From Octopus vulgaris (taxonomy: Eukaryota), in assembly GCA_951406725.2 (NCBI GenBank), contig OX597822.1, positions 106,640,001 through 106,704,000 of the forward strand: a DNA stretch of 64,000 nucleotides, given 5' to 3'. The position numbers and the translations under genes were made by a program. Below are positions 23,005 through 35,843 of this stretch, in pieces (within the stretch, counting starts at the first letter, position 1; each line of letters starts with the position of its first letter). The notes under the pieces are model-generated. The model searched no databases, was not told where the DNA came from, and saw only the letters and a program-made list of their open reading frames with translations.

Positions 23005-26000
23005 ATGATATCATCAAGTGTTTCCCTCTCTATCTCTTACCTCTTTCTGCTATTCTCACCGTTTCCCCACCCCGCTGCCATCTCCCACCTTGTCATATCA
23101 ATCCATCTATCATTTTCTCCTTTTCTCAGATATACTTTGTGAAGTTCCTCACACTCTCATCTTCCGCCGTGACTCACCTGCTCATCTCTTTCACACAATA
23201 CCTTGTTATTTCTATCGACCTCTTTTCTTCCTCCAAAGCTCACCTTTCACTCTTTCTCCTATGTATGACCTTGTATACTCCCTGTCTCCCTCCTCTCTTT
23301 CTGTCTCCCCATCTCTCTCTGTCTCTCTCTGTCTTTCCCTCTCTCTCTCTCTTACAATCTCACTCCATCCTTTTCTTCATGTAATATCTTAAGTCTTTCC
23401 TCTCTCTCACTTTAGTTCTTTACTTCTTCTTGCTCTCTTCTTCCTCTCTCTCTCAGATTTTAGTCTCTCTTATTGCCCTCTCATCTTTCACTTTCTCTCT
23501 CCCCTTTCTCATATCTTATTCTCTCTCCATCTACTGCTGAACGCATCTGTTACTCTTCTTCTCTCCTTACTCTCATTCTCTTTTCTCTCCCATATAAAAC
23601 CTCCCTTGTCACATCTCTCATTATCTCTCTCCTGCCCATCAGCCTTACTCAATTTCTCTCTCTGTCTCTCTCTCTCTCACTCTCTCCCTCTCACTCTTTC
23701 TCTCTCACTCTGTGTCTCACTCTCTGTCTCTCTCTCACTCTCTATCTCTCTCTCACACTCTATGTCTCTCTCTCACTCTCTCCCTCTCTCTCTAACTCTC
23801 TCACTCTCTCACCCTCTCTCTCATACTCCTACCCTTACTCTCACTGATTACATCTTCCTCTCTCTATCTTATCACCTACACCCTATCTCTTTCTCATTTC
23901 TTTATTCTTGCCTTTTCTCTTTCTTTTCCTCATATAATCATCCCCCCTCTCTCACTCTCCATCACACACTCTTTCTCTCTCTGTCATCCAACACTTGTTG
24001 TTCCTCTCTCCCTTATATAATCCTCACTTTCATTTTCCTCCCACTGCTCTCTCTCTCTTAATCTGTCTTCTCTTCATATAATCCTTTATCTTCCTCTCTA
24101 TCTCTATCATACAAACTTCACTCATCTCTTCCCTCTCTCTCTCTCCCTGTCATACAAGTATCATTCTCTCTTCCTCTCTTTCTCTCTCTCTCTCTCTCCC
24201 TATCATACAAGTATCACTCTCTCTTCCTATTCTCTCTCTCTCTCTCTCTACCTATCATATAATCACTTTCTTTTCCTCTTTTTCTCTCCTTATCATTTAT
24301 AATCAACACCTGTCTCTCTTTCTTTCTCTTCATCTTTCCCATCATATAGTCACAACCCACCCTCACTCTCTCTCTCTCCTATCAAGCATTCATCACCTAT
24401 CTTTCTCTCTCTCTCTCTCCCTCCACCATATTCTCATCATCTCTCGCTCTCTCTCTCTCTTATTCCATCACCCATTATCTCTCTCTCTCTCTCATTCCAT
24501 CACCCATTGTCTCTTTCTCTCTCTCATTCCACCACCCATTATCTCTTTCTCTCCCTCTCTATCTTCTATCTCTCTTTTCTTTCCTGCAATTCTCATATCC
24601 TCCCTCTCTCTCTCTCTGTGCACCAATTCGTATATCCCCCCTCTCCCTCTATTAGTACTCATTTTATTCCACATCTTTCTTTCTATCTACACACACATAC
24701 ACACATCAAATCTTACTCTTCCTCCCTCAGTATATCATATCTTCCTTTCCCCCTCACTCTCTCTTTATACCATATCTTTTTCTCTCTCATATATCACTTC
24801 TTGCTCACCCTCTCTATGCATAATCTGTCTCCCCTCTCTCCTTAGTATCTTCCCTTCCCCTTCACTCTCTATACCATATCTTCCTTTCCCTTCACTCTCT
24901 ACCATATCTTCCTCTCCCCCTTGCTCTTCTCTATCATATCTTTCTTCCTTCCCTCTCTGTAAACTATATCTTCCATCTCTCTATACCATATCTTCCTCTC
25001 CTCTTTCTCTCTCTACTACATCTGTCTTTCCCCTCAACCTCTCTCTATACTATATCTGCCTTTCATATATACTATATCTTGCATTCTTCCCTCTCTCTAT
25101 ACCAAATCTTCCTTTCCTGTCTCTCTATCATATCTTCCTCTCCTCTTACTCTTTCTCTCTCTACCACATCTTTCTTCCCCCCTCAATCCCTCTCTCTACT
25201 ATATCTGTCTTTCATCCTTCTCCCCTCTCTCTCTATATATACCATATCTTTCATCCTTCCCTCTCTCTATACCAAATCTTCCTTTCCCGTCTCTCTATCA
25301 TATCTTCCTCTCTCTCTCTATCACATTTTCTTTCCCCTCGACCTCCCTCTATACTATATCTGTCTTTCACCCTCCTCTCTCTCTATATATATACTATATC
25401 TAGCCGTCTCTCTCTTCCCTCTCTCTCTATCAAATCTTCCTCTCCCGTTACTCTTTCTCTCTCTGCCACATCTGTCTTTCCCCTCAACCTCCCTCTATAC
25501 TATATCTGTCTTTCATCCTCCTCCTCTCTTTATATATACTATATTTTTCATCCTTCCATCTCACTATACCGTCTCTCTATCATATCTTCCTCTCCCCCTT
25601 ACTCTTTCTCTCTCTACCACATCTTTCTTTTCCCTCAACCTCTCTCTATACTACATCCTTCTTTCCCCTCAACCTCCCTCTATATTATATCTGTCTTTCC
25701 TCCTCCTTCTCTCTCACCCTCTATACTATATCTTTCTCTCATCCTCCTCCTCTCTCTATATATATATACTATATCTAGCCGTCTCTCTCTTCCCTCTCTC
25801 TCTATCAAATCTTCCTCTTCCGTTACTCTTTCTCTCTTTCCCCTCAACCTCCCATTATACTATATCTTTCTCTCATTCTCCTCCTCTCTCTAAATACATA
25901 CTATATCTAGCCGTCTCTCTCTTCCCTCTCTCTCTATCAAATCTTCCTCTCCTGTTACTCTTTCTCTCTTTCCCCTTAACCTCCCTCTATACTATATCTT

Positions 26001-26430
26001 TCTCCCATCCTCCTCCTCCTCTCTCTCTCTATATATACTATATCTAGCCGTCTCTCTCTTCCCTCTCTATCCACCACATCTTTCTTTCCCCCTCAACCTC
26101 CCTCTATACTATATCTTTCTCTCCTCCTCCTCTCTCTAAATACATACTATATGTAGCCGTCTCTCTCTATCAAATCTTCCTCTCCCGTTACTCTTTCTCT
26201 CTTTCCCCTCAACCTCTCTCTATACTATATCGTTCTTTCATCCTCCTCCTCCTCTCTCTAAATACATACTATATCTAGCCGTCTCTCTCTATCAAATCTT
26301 CCTCTCCCGTTACTCTTTCTCTCTTTCCCCTCAACCTCTCTCTATACTATATCGTTCTTTCATCCTCCTCCTCCTCTCTCTAAATACATACTATATCTAG
26401 CCGTCTCTCTCTTCCCTCTCTATCCACCAC
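23005..26430. repeat. ~3.4-kb CT-rich polypyrimidine tract with higher-order tandem units
   Basis: G is strongly depleted on the + strand; near-exact 120-bp tandem at about 26155-26400. Confidence 0.9.
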
Positions 26431-26989
26431 TATCGAAACTTATTTGTCCAACAACAGTTGTCGCCCCATTACTAACCTTCCAATGTTCTCTTCTTCTCTT
26501 CTCTGTTCTATAATAACGAAGCTGTTGTCTTCTTGTCATTCCTGAACTGTTTTTATTTTTTTTTTTTCACACCTTTGTAATATTTTCACCTGCAGAAACG
26601 ATTCTTCATTTACTAAGTAAGTATAATCCGAGCGGGGTGTGTGAGATTTGGAAGAAGTCATGTCTATGCATATATGCAAATAGGATTAACCCCATAATCT
26701 AATCCACTGTTCTTAAGATTAGCAGCGTTAAAAAAAAAATTAACTGTATATATATACATACACACACACATATATATATATATATTTATGTATATATCAG
26801 CTGCTAGCGATGGTATTTTTAAAAATACCATCGTTTTCATATTTACTTATATATATGTATGGATGCTAATGTCCCTGAACTAATGCTTTGTAGATAAGAT
26901 TCGTTTGCTACTTGAACGCACACTCATTTATTTGTCTATATATATACGCATTACATACGTAAATACACAAATCTTTAATATGCATATGT

Positions 26990-27028
26990 ATCTATCCATC
27001 TATGTACATCTATCTATCTATCTATCTA

Positions 27029-27068
<40 letters not shown>

Positions 27069-27219
27069 CATCTATCTATCTATCTATCTATCTATATACA
27101 TCTATATACATCTATCTATCTATCTATATACATCTATCTATCTATCTATATCTATCTGTCTATCTCTATGTATCTATCTGTATGTACATACTTTCATTCG
27201 CATACACACACATATACAC

Positions 27220-27272
<53 letters not shown>

Positions 27273-27300
27273 CACATATATATGTGTGTGTGTGTGTGTG
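26990..27300. repeat. (TATC)n, (TG)n and (TA)n microsatellites
   Basis: Seen directly. Confidence 0.95.
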
Positions 27301-27442
27301 TATTATACAGCTTTTCAATAACAGTTTTCAGTTATTTTAAGCCTTCATGTGATGATGTTTTTGTATTACCATATAAATATCTCGAGCTTGTCTCCGTTTT
27401 CGCAGGAACATTATCGTGTTGACATCAGTCCCCGCACACACA

Positions 27443-27476
<34 letters not shown>

Positions 27477-27489
27477 CGCGTGCCTATAA

Positions 27490-27497
27490 TATCGATA
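27490..27497. promoter_or_regulatory. DRE-like palindrome TATCGATA in a CpG-retaining stretch
   Basis: Exact motif just after a (CT)n tract; function not established from sequence alone. Confidence 0.25.
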
Positions 27498-27907
27498 CGT
27501 GATCGAAACCGGTACTGATCGAAAACCTGAGAAGAGGACTGGGGTTTCTCGTAATTACCAAAAAAAAAAAAACCAACAACAAAAAATTACAGTCTTTTAT
27601 AAATATATAAACATGATCAACACTTACTTGTAAAACAAACAATCAATGGGTGTTTTGCAATTAATATTTTTGAAAAAAACCCCAGAAATAATTAAACGAA
27701 AATGGTTAAATATGTAATTAATATAAAGTGAAATCTGTTGGATATCTTAGGCAGACTTCGAAATCAATTGTTTAAATGTAAAGTTTATAACAATTGTCTT
27801 TTTTGTCGATGTTAAAAGATCACGAATAGCAAAATCTCAATTCCATTTAAAAGCTTTTAAGTAGGAAGACCTATAACGAAATATACATCGATCACTTCAT
27901 TATTATT

Positions 27908-28340
27908 TATGTATATATATATATGTATATATATGTATATATATATATATATGTATATAAATGTATATATATATATGTATATAAATGTATATATATATAT
28001 ATATAAATGTATATATATATATATAAATGTATATATATATATATAAATGTATATATATATATATAAATGTATATATATATATATATAAATGTATATATAT
28101 ATATATATAAATGTATATATATATATAAATGTATATATATATATATAAATGTATATATATATATATATATGTGTATATATATATATATATAAATGTGTAT
28201 ATATATATATATAAATGTGTATATATATATATATAAATGTATATATATATATAAATGTATATATATATATATATATAATGTATATATATATATATATAAA
28301 TGTATATATATATATATAAATGTATATATATAGATATAGA
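27908..28340. repeat. (TA)n / ATAAATGT compound microsatellite
   Basis: Seen directly. Confidence 0.95.
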
Positions 28341-28446
28341 TATGAAGTTAAAAAGCGTTTTCATTTTTGATATTTATTTTTCGTTCTGGCTTTGATACTG
28401 GAATTTATTCGACCATTTATTTAGATGCGATTTAATAGTAGTCGAA

Positions 28447-28741
28447 GAGAACAGTGGTCCCGGTGCGCGCACTCGCGAGGGTCGCGCAAGCTAGTCGTGA
28501 CTAGTCGATCCTTACTCTGTGTTTTTGTGTTATTTGTTTTGTTTTAAAAAATTATTTACTTCGTGTTTTTGTGTTTTATTTACTTTCTTAAACAAAAATT
28601 ATTTACTTTGTGTAAAAAAATTTATTTATTTTGTGTTTTATTTACTTTGCTAGTAGGATCGTTGTAGGATCGACTACTTACGACTAGCTTGCGCGACCCT
28701 CGCGAGTGCGCGCACCGGGACCACTGTTCTCAAGTAGTACC
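28447..28741. mobile_element. Second Merlin-like MITE, left terminus truncated
   Basis: ~65-bp GC-rich inverted repeats gagaacagtggtcccggtgcgcgcactcgcg... Internal sequence is the reverse complement of that in 14379-15005. Confidence 0.78.
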
Positions 28742-29899
28742 TATTATTTATGTATATATATATATAGATACGAAGTTGAAAAAGCGTTTTTCATTTATAA
28801 TATTTATTCTCCGTACTGGCTTTCATACTAAAATTTAGTCGACCGTTTAGATGTGATTTAATAGTAGTCGAAGGAATATTTATGTCAAGTAGAGAGAAAA
28901 AAGGTGGACGAAAGAAATCCATGGCTGTTTTTTATGTTGTAGTAATGTTTATGGAATTAGCCAAATAACCAGCTGATTCGAAGAGAAGGTAAAAATCATA
29001 GGAGAACGGAGAACATTAAACGCCTGTAAATGAGGCTGCTACTACAACTATGACTCAACATAAGGGCTATAATGTAAACACGTGGTTAATATATGATTTT
29101 GGTATAACACCAATGGCCATTTAACATTACCTAGCAATTTTACAAGACGTACATTTAATATATATTGCGTTTTTGTGTGTTTGAAGGGTTATGATTTTGT
29201 GTATTATGCTTGAAATTTAAGCTCTTGTGTATGGTTATTTAAAAAAATGGCCCCCGTTCTGTTGGAAGCGATGTAAAGCACCTGATTGCATTGTCTTGCA
29301 GCAATTTAATTTCGATCTTCTACGTTCTGTCTTTCAAGTCTTACCTTTCATATTTCTACGGTTCGACCAAATAAGTATGTCTAATATACGACATAATATA
29401 TATATATAGATAGATAGATGCCATTTAATCGACTAGAGTGTTTCTGTAAAGAATAATGGACCTTGTGCCTATCTTAATCAAGGATGTACTTGGATTTTTA
29501 TTGTTCTAGAGATCGATACTATGAGTAGCAGGCATATATTGGGATTCATTTCGGTAGATCTGTCCCTTTTCTGCAAAAAACAAAATCCCCCCTAAAAAGT
29601 AGGAAATCGTTATTATTAAACAATGTCAAATTATCGGAGACTGCGTCTTTGTAATTGTGTGTCACTTTCCGACATACACCATCATCATCCTTATTTAGTT
29701 CTCTAAATTTCATTATTCTAAGAGTAGTTAGGGTCTTGGAGGGTTTTTATTAAAGATTTCACTGCAACAGCGAAGAAACATTATTATGTTTGAGAGATTT
29801 CAACTGGTGGTTGTAAAAGAGGAGGTAACAACACCTGTCTGTTTCTCGTACGGACATGTTCTTCTAATAAGCAAGTTAGGTGTCCTCATAAAATATTCA

Positions 29900-29912
29900 G
29901 TTACTAGGTAAC
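29900..29912. promoter_or_regulatory. RFX X-box motif, candidate SPAG1 promoter element
   Basis: GTTACTAGGTAAC is a near-palindromic 13-bp X-box, in repeat-poor sequence upstream of a ciliary gene. Confidence 0.55.
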
Positions 29913-30635
29913 CTATAACAATTAATATTTCAAATTAAGAAGGGAAAAACCCACCTTTTTGCGATCTTTGTTTTCCTAACTAGAACAGACTTGTCTGTGT
30001 GAATTTATTTTCAAATTTACTACGACTTGAAATTTAATAAAATAATCTTTTTGTTTTTTTTTAATATATTGATATATACTAAATTAGGGAAAGGAACATA
30101 GTTTAATAAAGGTTTTTTTTTTTATATAAAATTATGGTAGTTTAATAAAGGGTTTTTTATATAAAATTATGGTAGTTTAATAAAGGGTTTTTATATAAAA
30201 TTATGTTTGTATTTTATGATCCAGAATTTTTCCATTGAGGAAGTAAAATTCAGTCACCTAAAAACTGCTGTGAGAAAATATTTAGAATACATAAAGTCAT
30301 TCACTGTAATTGCTTCTCTTGTAAGTCATTTAAATTCAGAGTTATTGCTACTAAAATTGAAATTGGTATTGTGCTTGTTTAAACTCAGATTTGGTTAGAA
30401 AAAAAAAAAAGGAATCTTGTGAAGTTAGACATTTTTGAAGGTCAGAAGAAAAACAAAAAGAAGCAAAAAAGAAAAGAAAACAAAAAAAAAAAAAAAAACA
30501 ACAACAACCCATTTTACTGCAGTGAAAGTGTAAGTTAAATGTTTTCTTTATGTGGGACATTTTTGATTGACCTCTAATGTATCAAACAAGTTTGGTGCTT
30601 GTTCCACAAAGCCATGAAGTGACTTGCAGACTCAT

Positions 30636-31332
30636 AATATAATATAATGAAATTATTGTATACAGTGCTCAGGTGCACCACAACTTGTCAAAAGTGCACA
30701 TAAAGTACATGCAGTAATGTAGAAGTGTCTGGAAAGCGAACAATGTATGAGTCAGATACATGCTTGTGTGTGTATGGAGGGGAGAAAATCAAGTGTAGTG
30801 TTGGCGAATCTCAGGAAGCATGGAAGTTTTGAAGGATGCAGTGCTCCGACAACTAACAATCGATGCCGGCAGTTTGTTCCACGCTTCAGCAAGTCTCAGC
30901 GTGAAAAAAATGTTTCCTGAAGTCATGGGAGCTGTGCTGTTTTCTTACTTTGTAAATATGTCCACGGGTGTTAGATGGGTGGAGTTTGAAGAGGTGCTCA
31001 GAGTTATTGTTTGTGCGATGGTTGATAATTTTATGGGTGTCTGCCAAGTCAGCTGCCAGACGTCGGAGTTTCAATGTGTCCATGCCCAGGGAAGTAAGGC
31101 GTTCAGGATATGGCAAATGCCTGATGGAGGGTATTCTTTTGGTTGCACGTCGCTGAACAGCTTCCAGACGATTGATGTCCTGGGCAAGATAGGGGTTCCA
31201 GACCGGTGATGCAAATTCCAGGTGAGGTCTTACCATAGCTATATAAAGCCGCAGATAGATAGCCGGAGAGCGGCTCACAAAGGATTTTGGTGAGTGATGC
31301 CAAGACACCCTCAGCCTTCTTGACAATTTTAG
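30636..31332 (-). mobile_element. CR1-clade LINE 3' fragment
   Basis: LYIAMVRPHLEFASPVWNPY...LEAVQRRATK...RKHFF. Confidence 0.85.
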
Positions 31333-31589
31333 CGATATTGTTTTACTGTCCCTTGTTCCATGTTGGAATTCGGATTTTTCTATGGCCAGAAGCCCCCTCT
31401 TGTTACCCACCCTTACCTGAATATATATAAGAAAGGTAATATTTCCCTCTGGTCAGGCATGTTTTTCATGGAGGACAAGAAATGAAAACTACTGCTTGTA
31501 TGATGCTGACTGTCACCTACAATTATCACTTGATGTCAAGACAAGGTGACACAAACACATGTCCATACACACACACATGTATGTACATG

Positions 31590-31958
31590 TCATTATTTAA
31601 TGTCTACTGTCTATGCTGGCATAGGTTGAATGGTGTGACCAGAGCTGGCAAGCAGGCGGTGGGGCTGGGGCTCCTGCACCAGACTCCAGTATGACATGGC
31701 ATGGTTTCTATGGCTGCGTTCCTTTATGCGGCACCACCATGACTGTTTTACACCCCTAGAAGGATTGGTCTTAAAACTTTTGATGCAGAGTACGGGTCTT
31801 TTTGAGTATGGCCAGGTGCCAGGTACCTTGGTCCTTTATCATCTTGCCTGAAAGGTTAATTCTTCTGTGGTTGTTTGTTCTTCAGTACTTCATCACATGT
31901 CTTCCTGGGTCTCCCACTTCCATGTGTTCCATCCACTTTCAGAGATTGGCACTTCCTT
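31590..31958 (-). mobile_element. RTE LINE 3' end running into a family A-like tail
   Basis: A GRPRKT-like coding end on the minus strand followed by degenerate family A sequence. Confidence 0.55.
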
Positions 31959-32932
31959 TATAGAATGAGGAGAAAGAAGGAAATTCATCCTGCTAGCACC
32001 AGATGCATTTCAGCCTATTACAGGCTTTTTCAGTGGCTGCTACACGTAGCCAACCACATGCATGGATAAGAACTTTTCATCTGTACTGTATGAAAAAGTG
32101 AATAAAATATTCACTGATGTTGTGAATAGCTGCTGATCTGATTAAAAATCCAGTATGCGCAACTAGCCCAGTATTGTTCTTTTAACATCTTTCGTTCCAT
32201 GCTGGCATAGAGTGGACATGGACTTAAATACCTGCATATATGTGTATATATATTATTGGTAATGATGCGGATAAACATAAACACACGCACACACACATTA
32301 GAGCATGAAAGATACAGACTACTAAGTGCAATTGTTTACTGGTTGCATGGCCCAGACTTTTTGCATATTCCCTCTGCAAATTATAAATACTATAAATATT
32401 ATATAACTCTGAGCTTCCTGAAACAGCTGTTGAGTTAAATTACGTATTCTTTTCTTAGTATTCTGTATTTTATGCTCTATTTAAATATATTTGTGTGTGT
32501 GTGTTTGTATCTATCTATCTATCTGTATATGTATGTTTATATATATGCATAGGAGTAGCTGTGTGATAAGTTGCTTGCTTACCAACCACATAGTTCTAGG
32601 TTCAATCCCACTGCATGGCACCTTGGGCAAGTGTCTTCTACTATAGCCTTGTGAGTGGATTTGGTAGATGGAAACTGAAAGAAGCCTGTCATAATATGTA
32701 TGTTTGTGTGTGTGTGTTTGTCCCCCCACTATCACTTCACAACTGGTGCTGGTGTGTTCATGCCCCCCATAACTTAGCGGTTCAGCAAATGAGACCGATA
32801 GAATAAGTACTAGGCTTACAAAGAATAAGTCCTGGGATTGATTTGTTTGACTAAAGGTGGTGCTCCAGCATGTTTGCAGTCAAATGACTGAAACAAACAA
32901 AATAAAAAGAATATACGTGTGTGTGTGAAACA

Positions 32933-32970
<38 letters not shown>

Positions 32971-33324
32971 AGTTCAGCAAAAATTTAGATTCAGATGAAT
33001 ATGGTACTTAAGTTAAAGGCACCAGAATTTGGTATGGTATTATCCATATAATTTAAAATAAGGTGATTATAATCAAAATAAGCAACAAGGATATCCAAAG
33101 GTGGTGTAGTGTACACTACCTTTGGATATCCTTGTTGCTTATTTTGATTATATATATATATCATCATCATCATCATCGTCGTTTAACGTCCGTTCTCCAT
33201 GCTAGCATGGGTTGGACGGTTCGACCGGGGTTCTGGGAAGCCAGAAGGCTGCACCAGGCTCCAGTCTAATCTGGCAATGTTTCTACAGCTGGATGCCCTT
33301 TCTAACGCCATATGACATATATAT

Positions 33325-33812
33325 ATATAAAAATTAGAAAAAAATCACCATTTATCAATTCAAAATGAACAATTAAATTACACCCCCTAGAAAATTACAT
33401 ATAATAGAAATATTAAAATTAAAATAACAATAATATAGCGATGATTAAGTAAATTGCAAAAAGATAATAAAAACGTATATAATTGGTAGAATAAAGACAT
33501 GTTTTGTGGCTATATTTAAGCAATGATTATAGTAAAAAAATTAATAATCGTTATTCTACCAATTATATACGTTTTTATTATTTTTTTGCAATTTACTTAA
33601 TCATTGGTATTTCATTGTTATTTTAATTTTAATATTTCTGTTATATGTAATTTTCTAGATGGTGTAATTTAATTGTTCATTTTGAATTGATAAAAGCTGT
33701 TTTTTTTCTAATTTTTATAAATATATATTATATTGTGTGAAATTTGATTTAGTATTTCTAAATTGAATTTTTTCCCTGTTAGTTAGGATTAATATTCCCT
33801 CAAATAATTGTT
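33325..33812. repeat. AT-rich fold-back element, ~165-bp inverted arms, in (TA)n
   Basis: 33327-33494 is the approximate reverse complement of 33551-33719. Distantly similar to the hammerhead-bearing repeat at 10292-10550. Confidence 0.8.
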
Positions 33813-34405
33813 ATATATATATATATATATGTGTGTGTGTGAAGAATTTGGAGTTTAAATTCAAAATCATTTGAGCACTACTTTGTGTTTTTTATACCGA
33901 GCATGTATATATACATATACACACACACACACACATTTATATAAGTGTGAGTGTAATCTTGTCTAGACGTGACATGACGATCGTAAAAGTGCTTCGCTGT
34001 CATAAAAGTAGGTTTGTTTATGTTCAGTCATCTGTGAAAAACCTGTCTAGTTAAAGGAAAATATTAGCTAGCAGGAGGGTTGGTTACAGGAAAAGACATC
34101 CAGCCATAGAAAAATTTGTTTTAAAAAATTCTGTCTAACCTTTACAAATATGGAAAAGTGAATGTCAAAAGACAAAGATGACGATAAGCATTTTATGGTT
34201 GGATGCCCTTCCTGTTGCCACCTTTTACTTCTTTAACTAGTTGGGGATTTTTGTTGTTTTGAATTCCACTGCCGTTTGAAAGTGCAAAGTGACTGGTCAT
34301 AATATCAATAAGGAATGTAAACACCATGTCATCTTGTTGATATCAAAAGTTATGGGCGTCAGCATTTATGTATATATGCATACACATATGCATGTGCATA
34401 CACAC

Positions 34406-34921
34406 ATCATCATCATCATCATCATCATCATTTAGCGTCCGTTTTCCATGCTAGCATGGGTTGGACGGGTCAACTGGGGTCTGTGAAGCTGGAAGGCTTC
34501 GTCAGGCCCAGTCAGATCTGGCAGTGTTTCTACGGCTGGATGCCCTTCCTAACGCCAACCACTCCGCGAGTGTAGTGGGTGTTTTTTACATGCCACCTGC
34601 ACAGGTGCCAGACAGAGCTGGCAAACGGCCACGAACGGATGGTGCTTTTACGTGTCACCGGCACGGGGCCAGGCGATGCTGGCAACGGACACGAACGGAT
34701 GGTGCTTTTACGTGCCACCGACACGGGGCCAGACAGAGCTGGCAAACGGCCACGAACGGACGGTGCTTTTACGTGTCACCGGCACGGGGGCCAGCCGAGG
34801 CTGGCAACGGACGCGAACGGATGGTGCTTTTACGTGTCACCGACACGGTTGCCAGACAGAGCTGGCAAACGGCCACGAACGGACGGTGCTTTTACGTGTC
34901 ACCGGCACGGGGCCAGACAGA
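34406..34921 (-). mobile_element. Family A repeat with expanded internal tandem array
   Basis: Repeated ~55-65-bp units ggcaaacggccacgaacggatggtgcttttacgtgtcaccggcacgggg. Similar arrays at 36520-36900 and 43700-43870. Confidence 0.85.
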
Positions 34922-34922
34922 C

Positions 34923-34964
<42 letters not shown>

Positions 34965-35069
34965 ATATATAGTTGATCCAAACATGAAAACACAAAGAGA
35001 AAACACAACGCGAGGACGTGGAACAAATACAGTATTATTGGACGCTCAGGAAGGAAGGAAAGAAGGAGG

Positions 35070-35104
35070 GTTTTACGTTTCGAGCGGAGCTCTTCATCAG
35101 AAAC
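35070..35104 (-). ncRNA. Minimal type I hammerhead ribozyme
   Basis: Minus strand GTTT-CTGATGA-a-GAGC-tcc-GCTC-GAAA-CG-TA-AAAC, inside a (TA)n-flanked repeat at about 34970-35180. Confidence 0.78.
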
Positions 35105-35802
35105 ATAGGAAAAGGAAAGATCCAAGGAAGGGAAGATGGAGAAAAAAAAGAATCGCCAACGGTACACACGCGGTCATATATAATGGATTGTATGAAATAC
35201 TGTGTACATCTCGTTTTTCTCGACAAGGAACGCGTTCCTTTGTCAAACATTATGATGGCTTCTTTATGAGCCATCCTTAAATAATTAAAGAAAATTGCAA
35301 AATATTTGCTTTTGCCGAAAATAGTTAAATTAAAAAAATTATTGATGCACACCCCACTTCAAAACAGCGGGTGTTTCTACACAGAAGTACAATCTGTGCA
35401 GGCCAGACAATCTCAGAAATACAGTGGTAACAATGAAAATGGAAACATATTTGCGGTAATGAGCAGAATATTTGCTGTAGCCCATCTTTTATACCAAGAC
35501 AAAACATGTACAATTATTATTATTATTGAGATGAGAGAATCTTTAGGACACCAGGCAAATCTCAATATTATGTAAATAGAGGAGTTTGTCGGTAAATGTA
35601 ATATGTGACAACCACTCACTCGGCAGCCACAACAAAACTCCGAGCTTCAGACGCCGAAGTGGAAATCCACGCCGCTATCTCTTCAGTTATCCGGCCATCG
35701 GAGAAATCTTTGCTGATGGCGAAATAACTGAAGAGACAGCGGCGCGGGCCTCCACCTCAGCATCCGAAACTCAGAACCTCATCACGGCTACCGAACAATT
35801 GT

Positions 35803-35843
<41 letters not shown>

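Noticed and set aside
25079-26047. 322-aa Leu/Ser/Pro-rich ORF and neighbouring ORFs
   Set aside because: By-product of the G-poor CT tract, which lacks stop codons.
26905-28364. YI/LSIY-repeat ORFs
   Set aside because: Microsatellite translations.
35580-35800. Isolated GC-rich segment
   Set aside because: No recognisable protein motif or splice context; probably a transposon fragment, but I cannot support a call.
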